A stretch of 64,000 nucleotides of DNA. It comes from Anolis carolinensis. Its lineage: Eukaryota. Position 1 is the stretch's first letter, and each line of letters opens with the position of its first letter. The notes beneath the pieces were generated by a model. It saw only the letters and a list, made by a program, of their open reading frames with translations. It was not told the DNA's origin and did no database searches. The translations under genes and the position numbers were made by a program. The stretch is taken from NCBI RefSeq assembly GCF_035594765.1, contig NC_085846.1:13069190-13133189 (forward strand). The letters are read 5' to 3'. This document shows, in pieces, positions 38,055 to 51,200 of this stretch.

Positions 38055-38845
38055 AATATCCAGAAGGCTCCAGTTCGTTCTGCTTAGTAAGGAGAGTGGG
38101 GTGTGAATTTAGATACAAGGCTTGTGCATATAAAACTCCTTTTCCCCAACCTCACATCTGCAAGTGCTGTTGGGCTGCAACTCACATTATCCCCAGTGTG
38201 CCTCCTGGATACTCAAAAGTGATGGGAGTTGCCATTCAGTAACATCAGGGGACCTCATCTTGTCCCTTGATAAAAGAATTCTGGCCATATTTTGTTACAG
38301 CGCTCAGACAGCGCAATGGTAATTGTAGGTAGCACTTCCAACCATGAGATGGCACCGTTGTATTTCCATTCGGAATATAATCTGAAATGCTGAAAGGATA
38401 AATGTTTATCAACAAAATAAGAATGGAATGAAGTTTAATCAAAAAATCAATGGAACACAGGTGCAAACCACCCTGTTGTTGCTTCCAATAATTCCATTCA
38501 TTAGTAATTTTTTCTTTTCCATAGTCCCATCCCAGATCCAACGTAAAGATTACACAACACAACTAGAGGTGAACATTGGGTGTGTTGTTGAAGGCTTTCA
38601 TGGCCTGAATCACAGCATTGTTGTGTGTTTTCCGGGCTGTATGGCCATGTTCAGAAGTATTCTCTCTTGATGTTTCACCCACATCTATGGCAGGCATCCT
38701 CAGAGGTTATATACCTCACAACCTCTGAGGATACCTGCCATAGATGTGGGTGAAACATCAGGAGAGAATATTTCTGGAACATGGCCAAACAGCCCGGAAA
38801 ACACACCACGATTCAGCATTGGGTGTGTTTATTGATTTCTGTCCT

Positions 38846-41800
38846 CTATGTGGTGATGATTGCAGATGGCTCTGTGGAAAGGGAGGATTGATTCCCGGCC
38901 CCAATCTCTGGGTCTTGGTCCCAGTGGAACCCGAGAGCGTTGACCAAAGACCCCGAGCGCCCGCTGATGAAGCGCAGGACCGTGTTGGGGAACATCGGCT
39001 CAGCTTCGAAGCCCATCCCGGGACCAAAGTTGGGCCCGAAGGCAAAGACGCGCCCCAGGTTGGTCCGGAACGCAAGGTACTCCACGTAGTTCCCAAAACG
39101 CCCCGTGACTTGGATAAATCCCTCTCCGTGGTACAGCTCCATGCCAGACGGGTTGCCCGCCGTACTCCCTTCGGTGACAGACCATGAGTCTCCATAGCGG
39201 ACCTGAATGCTGCAATGAGTAGAGAGAGAAGGTGTCGGCATGAGTCTCTTTAGTGTGACTATGGTGAAATTCCACCAAAACTGACCATAAAATTGTATCC
39301 TCTCTAAGCATCTCTAGGTCCTCTTGCATGCCACTATGGTCAGCATCCAGTGCAAGTTTACCCTAGAATTATACTACAAGGTATAAGGATTCATAGAGAA
39401 AACATTTTAATCCAAGCTGTGAATAATCAGATCTGTAACCGTCAAACCCGCAAATGTGGACAGCTGTACGTTTTGTTTGATGCAGCTGCTCAAGGGCCTC
39501 GGATGGTTCAGTGCTATGAAATCACAGAAGCTGTGCTTTTACAAGATCTTTAGCCTTCACTGCCTAAGAATGCTGGTGCCACAGCAAACTACAGGACTCC
39601 ATAGCATTGCGCCATGGCAATCAAAAGTGTCAAACTGCATCAAGTCTAAAGTCTAGACGTACCTTAAGTAGCAATCATGAATGTGGAAGAGTTCTGGTCA
39701 ACTTAACTAAGGCCCCTTCTACACTGCCAGATAATACACATTATCTGCTTTGAACTGATTTATATGAGTTTACACTGCCATATAATCCCATTCAAAACAA
39801 ATGATCTGGATTATTTTAGTCCCCTTCTACACTGCCATATAAAATCCAGATTATCTGCTTTGAACTGGATTATATGGCAGTGTAGACTCATACAATCCAG
39901 TTCAAATCAGATAATGTGGATCATCTGCTCTGCTGATCTGGATTATATGGCAGAGTAGATCCAGCCTAAGTAGCTAATGTAGAATATTAATTATGTTTTG
40001 CAGATTTCAGGTGCTTGATGCACCTCTCTGGTCCTCAAGGTGAATGGGAACGAATCTCAGGGTGAGAGCACTCCTTTGAAAAGTGTAGGTGATCTTCATT
40101 TGTTAGACTTTTTCTTTTACTTGCATGTCTGTTGATGCTTAATGTGTGATGCTTAACCGCAGTGCTAAGGTCTGATCCTTAAAACATCACCCTTGCTAAC
40201 ATCTCTATGTCCCACCACTTGTGGCAAGTGATGACTGACATATTGTCTGTCTGTCTGTCTGTCTATCTCATTTCTTTGCTGCCTTTCTCCCAAAATGAGA
40301 CCCAACACTGCTCCTAGACACAGGCAATTTAAAATATATTCACAATGAAATCAAATAGCAATGAAAACCAGCACAGCATATAATCATTTTCAAGACTAAC
40401 AGCAGTTTTAAAAGATAAAACACTAATAAAATGCTCCCCCAACACTTTAAAAGCCTGCTTAAACACACAATTTTGGCATTGAATCCTCAGGGTCTCTGAC
40501 AGTCCCTTCCTGGCAATCCTTGTCTCTAAAGATATACATACCTTAAGAGGTACCTGTCATTTGCTCTTATTTTTAGGGCAGTCACGGGGCCATCCAGTTC
40601 ATTATTCGAATGGTCAAAATATTCTCCACTGTCACCACCAAATTCTCCAGAGAAAGAGGCAAGCCTTGCCAGGGCTGGATCCATACAAAAAGATGCGTGA
40701 AAGGTGTAATAAATAAATAATAATAATACATGATAATACACTTATTTATATTCCTCAGAGGAACTCAGAGCAGATTACAGAACACATATGAGGCAAACAT
40801 TCAATGCCCTTTACACAGCGACATACAATACACATAGAGAGGTAAAGATCTTCCTCTTCTTTCATCTTACGGTCTTACCTTTTATGTGTTTTTAATGTAA
40901 TTTTTATCCTGTATTGTTGTTTTAATTGATATATTGCATTACTGTTTTATCTGTTTTATATTGTGATTGTATTATGTTGCTTATATTTTGTTCTTATGTT
41001 GTTTGGGCCTCTGCCCCATGTAAGTCGCCCCGAGTCCCCACGGGGAGATGGTGGTGGGGTATAAATAAAGTTTATTTTATTTTATTATTATTATTATTCA
41101 GCATCTGGAGGCGATGCTCAACTTCTGGCCATGGGGAGGTGCTTTTGTTCTGTTTTCCCATGCTTAGGAGCCAGAGGTTCTGTGAAATGGTGGGAAATCA
41201 AAAGTTTTTGCTGCCAGCTGCTTACGTCCACCTCACATAACACAAATAATGACCAAATGGGGAATAAAGCTGGAGAGAAATTGAGGATCGGAGAGACGAA
41301 AGAGCTGGGCTGTTACAGTGGAAGTGGTCAGCTGGCAGGAAAAAAAAGTTTTGATTTTTGAAGATTTCAAACAAGGGAGGCTTAGTGGGATTATAAATAA
41401 TAATAATCTTTTGAAAGCTAAATAATTACACTAAGCATTCCAGTACACAATAAATGGAGATTATATTATTAGTATGCAGTTCCCCCACCCTTTCAGTCTG
41501 GGAGCCAGATCTGGCTCTTCTGTTAATTGTTCTGTTTTGGCACCCTCCAGAACTTTGATCTGTTGTGCTTTAATTATCGGGATTATGGGATTCCTGCAGG
41601 AAGTTCAATCTTGGCAGCTAACAAAAGACAAAGAAGCTTAGAAGTTAGGGGATAATTATCATCTGAGATATTAGAATTTTCAATAATTTAATCCAAGACA
41701 TGCAGTATAGTCAAAACCGCAGTCGTCTGCTGCCTTTTAATGGGATTCAGGTTGCCGTGTTATAACCTGCTCCAAAAGCTATTTTATTAAAATAAGCCTG

Positions 41801-43344
41801 ATCTATCATGGTGAATGTACTCTTCATTCTACCTGTTGATTTATGACGACCTTATCAATTTCGTAGAGCTTTCTTAGGCAAAGCACACTCAGAGCTAAGT
41901 ATGAAATAGAGCCTATGGCATGTAATATTATTGGTGGTCTCCCATCGAAATACTAGCCAGGGCTGACCCTCCTTAGCTTCCAAGACCATTACAAGATCTG
42001 GTATTTGTAGCCTTTTTAAGGCATGCTAGCAACTCTTGCGGAATGATAGTCATTATAATAATTATAATAGTGTAAGGTGATTGTTATCTGGTGTTTTTGC
42101 ACTACATAGATATAGGAATTTGATCTACTTTGTGTTGTTGAAGGCTTTCATGATCGTAATCACTGAGTTGCTGTGAGTTTTCCGGGCTGTATAGCCATGT
42201 TCCAGAAGCATTCTCTACTGATATTTCACCCATATCTATGACAGGCACCCTCAGAGGTTGTGAGGTCTGTTAGAAATTAGGCAAGCGGGGTTTATATATC
42301 TGTGGCATGTCCAGGGTGGGAGAAAGAACTCTTGTCTGTTTCAGGCAAGTGTGACTGTCTTAATGTTGCCTGGCTGCCAGTGTTGCAATTTGAAGCCAGG
42401 CTTTGAAGCTGTAAGTCTATTCAATGCTAATCAAGGTGGCCAATTGCACCATTCACACTTGCCTTAAACAGACAAGACTTCTTTCTCCCACCCTGGGCAT
42501 TCCACAGATATATAAACACCACTTGCCTAGTTTCCAGCAGACCTCACAACCTCTGAGAGTGCCTGCCATAGAGGAGGGCAAAATGTCAGGAGAGAATGCT
42601 CCTGGAACATGGTCATACAGCCCAAAAATCTCACAGCAACCCAGTGATTCTACTTTGTCTGCCATGGAATCCTGGGATTTGTAGTTTGATGAGGAATTTA
42701 GAGAACTACAGTGGCAGAACTTTCTGGTACAGAATCACAAGTGTATACAAAACTATAAATTCCCCTGATTCTGCAGTGTCTGGCTATGAAAAGCCGAGGC
42801 TGGATGGCCATCAGTCCAGAGTGCTTTGATTGTGTATTCCTTCATGGCATAAGGTTGGACTGGATTGCCCTCATGGGTTCTAACTCTACAAATCTATGAT
42901 TCTGCGATGGTTAAAAATGGATCCAAACTGCTATCACTGTGCAATGTGGGTTCCCCATTGATATCCCATGATAGATGTGTTAAAAGCCAAGGGCCCAAAG
43001 TTATTGCCTGAGTCACCTGCCTGAATCGAAATCCAGTCCTGGCAGGACTCCATCCAGTCCCAGAGGATTGCCACTTTTTTTGGATAATAACTTCAGCCCC
43101 CCTGCAACTATTGGAAAGTTTGGGGGGCTATCGTCCAAAAAAAAAAAAAGAGAGAGAGGAAAATTTCCAAGCTGCACCCACTCATAAATCAACCCGCTTA
43201 CCTTGCTGCACATCCTCACATTTCCATCATTCCTATGATTGAAAGGTATAATGCTATTTTGTAACAAGTTCCCTCTTCCTTAATCTTACCTGGGCTTCCT
43301 GATACTCCGACACAGAGGAAGGGTAGGAGAATTAATACCATCAT
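38846..43344 (-). CDS. ZG16-like secreted jacalin-related lectin, 183 aa
   Basis: Exons 43344-43290 (55 nt; signal peptide MMVLILLPFLCVGVSG), 40674-40542 (133 nt) and 39209-38846. Peptides SGEFGG..F.HS.N.LDGPVTALKIR, QVRYG..WS and PNTVLRFISGRSGSLVNALGFHWD closely follow ZG16. An acceptor at 43368 implies an upstream non-coding exon. AATAAA at 38833-38828. Confidence 0.92.
39711..39966. mobile_element. PIF/Harbinger-like MITE (GGNNNNTCTACAC termini, TAA flanks)
   Basis: taa-ggccccttctacactgcc...ggcagagtagatccagcc-taa. A related gggtgcatctacactgtagaa family is scattered across the window (e.g. 5315-5530, 33815-34050, 48360-48571, 63110-63320). Confidence 0.55.
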
Positions 43345-44198
43345 CTCAGCGGGTTAAATACAACGGACCTGAAACAAATTAAAGTTACAGTTTATCCAAG
43401 ACCTTTGGATTTGTTATTTGGTCTGCAGTCCCCTATAGAGCTGAACCCAGTGGGATTTCATTTCTAAACAGGCAAGTGTGTTGTCGGTTCCCATCAAATC
43501 GGATTGACTTATGGCGACCCTATAAATGAGAGAGTTGAGATACTCAACCAGGTCTACTCATAAATTCCTGAGCTGGAGCTGCAACTTCAATTTATATTAT
43601 AAAGCACTCTTGCCTTTGTCTAGTGCCTTCTGCTTTCTCCAGTATTATTGTCTTTTCCAACCAGTTCTGTCATCTCAGCATATGATATAAAGTAAGTTTC
43701 ATCATACTTGCATCTCATCGGAATTCGGGTGCTTGGCTTGCTATGAAAATCATTTATCTTTATGTCAGTATCCAATACCTATTTGCAAAATTTTGGTAGT
43801 TTCTTTTGTGCTTCTCTCAGATTTACCTTGCTTCAGAGGAAGACCTGCGAACGGTGGTTAGGAGCACAGCGGTGTTGTGACCTTCCCCTTTGGTTTGATG
43901 CTCAGGAAAGAATTTCATCTGATCACAAGGGTTACTCAGTCCCTCTCCTACAAGAAATAGGGCTTTACCTGGTTGGTTTGGCATCCTCTTGTCTTATTAT
44001 GGGAGGTTTGTTTTCACCTGTCGTTTGCAGCAGGGAAAACGAACAGGTCTTCTATTGTGTTCTAATATTTCCCCTCCTATTCACCATTCAAAGAGGGGCA
44101 TTCAGTTCCAAAAGCACTAAGCAATGGACAAATGTGCGCGTGTGTGGGAGGGGATACAAGTGGATTATTCCTTTGCTTATAGAGCTTGGAAATATATT

Positions 44199-45310
44199 TA
44201 CTAGCTTGGGTACCCAGCATTGCCCAGGTTATTTGAAAATGTCAATTTTAATTGTACAAAATGCATATTGTTGTAGATTAATTGCAACTGACATCATGCC
44301 AGGTTAACCCTGAGAAACTCCATCAGTCCTTAAAGTTTGTTATGTTGGGCAAATTTGCTCTAGATGCATCATTGGTGGGGTTCAGTGTACTCTTTGGCTG
44401 TAGGGTAAACTACAACTCCCACTATGGTGGTCAGTCTCCTCAAATCCCTCCAGGAGTCATGGGGGTTCTGTGTGCCAAGTTTGTCCAGGTCCATCATCAG
44501 GGGAGATCACAGTTTCCCTGGTTGTGGGTGAACTACAACTCCCAGAAAGGAAAGTCAGTTCCCCACAAACTTCTCCGGTAATCAAATTTCGGTATATCAG
44601 GTGTGCGTGCCAAGTTTGGTCCAGATTCATTGGTGTTTGGGTTCACAGTGGTCTCTGGATGAAGGTGAACTACAACTCCCCCAAATCAAGGTGCATTTCC
44701 CCCAAAGACCTCCAGTATTTTTTGCTGGTCATGGGGGCTCTGTGTGCCAAGTCTGGTCCAATTCCATCATTGGTGGAGTTCAGAGTGTTCATTGATTGCA
44801 GGTGAACTATACATCCCAACTCCAAAATGTCCAGGCCAATTCCCCTCAAAACCGACCAGTATTCAGATTTGGGCATATCGGGTATGCATGCCAAGTGTAG
44901 TCCAAATCCATCCTTGTTTGGGTTCATAGTTCACCCTACCATCCTTTAAGAAACAATTGAAAACCTGGGTGTTTGGGCTGGCCTTTGGAGAGACAGCTAT
45001 TGGATGACCAGCCTCATAATTCTATTCTGAATGTTATTAGGTTCCTTTCATCAGGGTATTTTAATCTAATGAGTTTATCTTATAATGCTGCTCTAGTCCC
45101 CCCCCCCCCCCCACCTTTGAAGCTGACTGAATTGCATTGGTGGTTGTTTGATATTATTACTGTTGTATAAACCTTTGTTTTAACTTCTGTTTTATCATCT
45201 TCTTGTGTTTTAAACTGTGTATATTGTTAATGTATTTGCGCTATTACTTTTGTAACATTGTGAGCCGTCCCGAGTCCCTACGGGGAGATGGTGGTGGGGT
45301 AAAAATATAG

Positions 45311-45375
<65 letters not shown>

Positions 45376-45997
45376 GTGCGCTCTGGATGTAGGTGAACTA
45401 CAACTCTTAAAAATCCCTCCAAAGACCACCAGTTTTATTTTCATGATCATGGGGGTTCTGTGTGCCAACTTAGTTCCAGCTCCAGCACTGCTGGAGTTCA
45501 GAGTGCTCTTAGATTTCAGGTGAACTATACATCCCAGTACGTACATCTCCTATGAATCATGGTGAATTCTCCCTAAACCTCTCGAGTATGTTCAGTTGCT
45601 GGTCAATTCCGCTGTTTGCTGTGTGCCATAGAAAAGAATAGGAAAGGGTTATGGGAGAGGCAGTGGGTGGGGTCATGCAAATTCCACACCAATGGAGAGA
45701 TTCAGAAACATTGGGATGTCTGTGATGGAGAAAAAACAGAAAAATTAGTATGAAATTGTTTTCATGTGAAAGCCTTCACTTGGGTGGTGGGCAGTATGGT
45801 GTTTGTGGAAGACATTGGCAGGGCTCTTGGACATGTTCTTGGCACTCTCAATAACCTGCAATGTCATTGGAGGGAGGGCCATTGGTGTCTCCTGAGTAGT
45901 AGTAGCTACTATAGCTATTTGTGGAAGTGCGAGCTTGTCTGTGTAAGTGGACACCCCAGCCAGACATACATATTTTTACTTTTATTGTGTGTATAGT
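44199..45997 (+). mobile_element. Helentron/HINE-like non-autonomous element with internal subrepeats and a nested L2-like tail
   Basis: Starts tactagcttgggtaccc..tgccc; repeated gtgtgccaagtt and gaactacaactccc blocks; ends tttattgtgtgtatag. The class assignment is tentative. Confidence 0.45.
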
Positions 45998-48090
45998 GTA
46001 CACACACTACACCCCCATTATCCCCAGCCAACCTGAGATTAATTCTACACTAACAAGTAATTTTACCTTATTTTTAGGCTGAACATTTATATCGCAATAT
46101 TGTAATGAATTATGCATAACAAAGTCATTGACAAAAGTGGGTGTGGGCAGAAATGCTTGGATTCTGGAAGTTGTTTGAGAAAAGTAACTTTTCCAAGTTC
46201 TAGGTTTCACCATTACAATGCAGAAACTAACCAGAGAAGCTTTCCAAATCCGAGCAATTGTAGTATCGGCATAAGAAGCTATTGTCCACTATTCCAAAAC
46301 CTAGTGACCCTTTTCCGACGAGCGAAAGAGAAACTGGCACCAGTCGACTGGCTTCCAATTCCACAAGGACAATGCAAGTAGTCTTTGCTTGGGAAATGCC
46401 TGTGTGTCAGCTTGTTATTAATGGAATAAAAAAGTCCAGCTTTCTTTTTAAGAGAGGACAGCCTCGATTCAGAAACTGCCAAGTCACTACACATTCTGGG
46501 CAACAAATCTACTCTTTCTTTTTGGATTCTGGGTTTTTAACTGCAGCCTACCTGGATGAAATTTACAGTAAAACTCTGCATATCCCAGCTGAGAAGTTAT
46601 TTCAAGCTCAGTATGTATAGCAGACATGGGCAAACGTGGGCCTTGCAGGTGTTTTGGACTTCAACTCCCACAATTCCTGGCCTCAGGCCCTTTCCTTTTC
46701 CCCCTCAGCCGCTTAAGCGGCTGAGGGGGAAAAGGAAGGGGCCTGAGGCCAGGAATTGTGGGAGTTGAAGTCCAAAACACCGCAGGGCCCGTGTGTTGCT
46801 CTTGTTGAATTGCAACTCCCAATATCCCCATATGATATGACCAACATCATATGCCACAACATCAGGAGGGTTACTTCATTCCCACCTCTTTCTATCATCT
46901 CCAGTAACCATGGCCACTGGCAAGGGATAATGGGAGCTATAATCAAAACACTACATGGGAACCACAGTTTGCCACGTTGGGACGGGACAACCAGAATCTT
47001 TTTTTCTGTCTGGAATTCTACTTGATGTGAAGCAGTTTGGGAAAGTATATATATATATATATATTTGGACTACAAGCCACATGATTTTAGTACAACTCCA
47101 AGCCACGATGATCGGGGGATTCTGGGAGTCGTAGTCCTTAAAGGAAGTTCCCACAAACTCTGGCATGAGCTAACTCAACTGAAAGGTCTTTCCATGCTTT
47201 GCAAAAAGTGCAGGTGGCAAGAAAGGCATGCAAACATTATTTGTTCCATGTGTTGTTGAAAGTATTCATGGCCGGAACCACTGGGTTGCTGTGAGTTTTC
47301 AGGGATTTATGGCCATGTTCCAGAAGCATTCTCTCCTGACGTTTCTCCCACAGCTATGGCAGGCATCCTCAGAGGTTGTGAGGTCTGTTGGAAACTAGGC
47401 AAGTGGGGTTTATGTATCTGTGGAAGGTCCAAAGTACTAGTCTGTTTGAATATTGCAATTGGCCACCTTGATTAGCATTGAAAATGCTTGCAGCTTCAAA
47501 GCCTGGCTGCTTCCTGTCTGGGGCAATCCTTTGTTGGGAGGTGTTAGCTGGCCCTGATTGTCTATTGTCTGGAATTCCCCTGTTTTCAGAGTGTTGTTCA
47601 TTATGTATTGTCCTGATTTTAGAGTTTTTAAATACTGGTAGCCGCACCGGAATTATTTGTTCTACCGTACTTGCTGGGAAACAGGTGTATTAAATTCACT
47701 TTTCCAGTGAAAAATTTGAGAACCCGAAGCCTAATTTTGCTACCTTTTGAGTAGATTGGAGGATGTACATCCCTGGAGGCAACTTTGCAGTTTTCTTGGA
47801 CGCAGAGCACACGTAGGACAGCTTTGCATAGGACAGTCATAAGGTGGCAGCAGACACCATGAAATAGGACCATATGCATCGCTCACTCTCTTTGTATTAA
47901 CTACCTAATATCTAAAGGGCAGCCTTTTAAGGACTTCAGATCATTTTACCACTACTCAAGCTGATACCCATGACGTCTTGCCAGAAATATGGCTTCTGCC
48001 ATGCAGAGGGCATTACGTTCTTCTACAGGATATATACCTCTGAGCTGATCCAAATAGAATTTGTGTTTGTTTATTCATTTCAATGTAAAT

Positions 48091-48284
48091 CAGGCATGGG
48101 CAAACTTGGGCCCTCCGGATGTTTTGGACTCCAACTCCCACCATTCCTAACAGCCTCAGGCCCCTTCCTTTTCCCCCTCAGCCGCTTAAGCGGCTGAGGG
48201 GGAAAAGGAAAGGGCCTGAGGCTGTTAGGAATGGTGGGAGTTGGAGTCCAAAACACCTGGAGGACCCAAATTTGCCCATGCCTG
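48091..48284. mobile_element. 194-bp near-perfect palindromic hAT MITE
   Basis: caggcatgggcaaac...ctcagccgcttaagcggctgag...tttgcccatgcctg. Copies at 46621-46790, 56859-57056, 60083-60276 and 63859->64000; shorter variants at 28567-28637 and 50240-50373, several with 8-bp TSDs. Confidence 0.85.
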
Positions 48285-51200
48285 GTGTACATGGATCCAA
48301 AGATGCTTCCTATTTATCTCCACAATAACCCTCTGCAGTAATTTAACTTATGAGTGACGCCGAGTGCATCCATACTGTAGCATTAATGCAGTTTGAGATC
48401 ACTTTAACCACTATGGAATTCTGGGAGTTGTAGTTTTACAAGGTCTTTAATCTTCTCTGCAAAAGAGTGTTGGTGCCTCTCCAAACCATAGCTCCCAGGG
48501 TGCCGTTGCATTGAAACATGCCAGTTAAAGTGGTATCAAAACTGTATTAATTCTACAGTATAGAGGCACCCTCAAGGTTTGTCATCTTTGGGATATAATA
48601 CATGGTTTAAAACCTCTTTTCAAAATCTTCCCTCTTATTCCAAAATAATATCCAAAACTGTTCTCAATCCACTATCATTCTGAGAAATCATGGGAAAATG
48701 ACATTGTGGTTAAGCCCGATCACTGTGGCCAAATCTACTCTTGGCTGGAGTGAGGCAGCTGCCTCAGTAGGCTTTATGTGTTATTATTGCTTCTGATCTG
48801 CTTTGTTGTTGTTATGTTTTTATCACCAAGGAGGAGGAGGAGGATTTTCTGATTCATGCATCAAAATGACTTGGTGTGATTGGTGGGTCCATCTACAATG
48901 TAGAATCAATGTGGTTGACACTATTTTAGATGCCATGGCTTACAGCTATGGGGTCCTGGGAGTGTAGTGTGGTGCTGAGGCACCAACACTCTTTGGCAGG
49001 GAATGCTAAAGACGTTGTTAAACTACAACTCCCAGAATTTCATAGCATTGAGCCAAGGCAGCTAAAGTAGTGTCAAACCACACTGATTCTACATTGTAGA
49101 TGTACCCTAAGACATATTCCCCCCATTTAAATCCACAAAGAGGAGTCTTTCTGTGTATTGTGTTGTCAAAGGCTTTCATAGCCAGGATCATTGGGTTGCT
49201 GTGAGTTTTCCGGGGTGTATAACCATGTTCCAGAAGCACTTTCTCCTGATGCTTCATCCACATCTGTGGTAGGCATCCTCAGAGGTTGTGAGATCTATTG
49301 GAAACTAGGCAAGTGATGTTTATATATCTGTGGAATTCTAGACAGATAACAGGGCTATTTAACACCTCCCAACAAAGGATTCCCCTAGACAGGGAGCAGC
49401 CAGGCTTTGAAGCTACAAGGCCATTAAATGCTAAATGAGGTGGTCAACTGTAACTTTCACACTTGCCTCCAACAGACAAGGGTTCTTTCTCCCACCAGGG
49501 ACATTCCACAGATATATAAACTCCACTTGCCTAGTTTCCAACAGACTTCACAACCTCTGAGGATGCCTGCCATAGATGTGGATGAAACGTCAGGAGCGAA
49601 TGCTTCTGGAACATGGTCATACAGCCAGGAAAACTCACAGCAACCCATGTTCTGTGTATTTTGGAGGAATTATCAATACTATTGAGGACTGGAAGGCCAC
49701 AGCCATTTCTTTCTGGAAGGCAGAAGCACACTGGGAATGAATATGCTCTGCTCTCGTAGCAGAGCGTGCCAGCTGACCCATGCCTTTGACAACAGCTGTG
49801 TCTTTTTAATACACAGGAAGTGGTTTGTACTTTAGCATGGCACTATGAACTGATAAATGTCTTCAAATGAAAGTGACTAAAAGGCACAGGAATACAGTGG
49901 TTTTAAGAAGTTGGCAGCCTTAGTGGTGGAATTTTCTCCCAAGCCAAAACCTTTCAGTAGCATCTCTGCTGCCCAGACTTTTTATACCTAAAGCAGATAA
50001 GCTGTTAGAGACGTTTTGAAGTTGCCACTCTTTCCTCCTTCAGAGCTCTTATGCCTCTAACCTGCAACAGGCAAAACCCCCAACATTTGCTCTTTTTCTT
50101 TCTGATTTTGGGATGAGAAAAAAAAGCCTCCTCTGTTAAAGGTCTCACTTTCTAGGGAACTGGCTGAAGGCACAGGAGCCCTGTCAGAATAAAACATGGC
50201 AACCTAAGTACCTTTTGTCAGCTGAGGGTGAATCTACACCAGGCATAGGCAAACTTGGGCCCTCCAGGGGTTTTGGACTTCAACTCCCACAATTCCTAAC
50301 AGCCGATAGGCTGTTAGGAATTGTGGGAGTTGAAGTCCAAAACCCCTGGAGGGCCCAAGTTTGCCCATGCCTGATCTACACTGTAGAATGAATGCAGTTT
50401 ATCATCACTTTAACAGCCATGCTATGAAATATCTCAATGTTATGAAATCATGGAAAATGTAGTTTTACAAGGTCCTTAGCCTTCTCTGCCAAAGAGTTCT
50501 GGTGCCTCACCAAAACTACAAGTCTCATGATGCCATTGCAGTTAAAGTGGTGTCAAACTGCATTCATACTACAGTGTAAATGCACTCATTGACAGGGAGT
50601 AGGTAGGCCATACCTTCGCATTTATTGAATTTCTCCCTGGCATTCAACTGTTAAGGGTGCAAGAACATTGCGAGCGGAAAATTGTAGATTCTTCTCCCCG
50701 ATACCACCCCCGCTTCCATTCTGGAAACGGGCCACAGGCCTCCCTCTTTTCTTCCTCTCTTCTGACTCATTCCCTCTTTCAAACAATCCTTGGTTGGGCC
50801 TTTGCCCACCCTCTTTCTGTTTGGCTCATTGCCCTTGGAAGGACTAGAACAAGTTCTTTGACTTTTTAAAAGTTTTTTTGTCAACACAGTGGGGTGATTC
50901 CAAGCTCCCTTATTGGAAAGGGTTTCCAAGGGGGGGACCATAGTATGCCAGTGTTTGAGGTCAACGCATGGTGGGTGGACGGGTGGCACGGACACCAAGT
51001 GCAGACAGACAACACTCTGAGCCAGAACACTTGAGTTAATTCAATCTCTCTCTATCTCATTCTCTTGTGTCTGACTCTTTCGGTTTTCTTTTTTTTTCCG
51101 CTCAGACTCTCCTTTCCCCAATCTGTGATTCATTTGTCTTGTTCCGGCTGGGTAGCTCCAACCTTCCAGGGAACACACACAGGCAAAAGCTCCACATTCC

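Noticed and set aside
50651-50998. 115-aa ORF and other 60-180 aa ORFs in the intergenic region
   Set aside because: No recognisable motifs or consistent splice structure; many overlap SINE, MITE or Penelope-type repeats or microsatellites.
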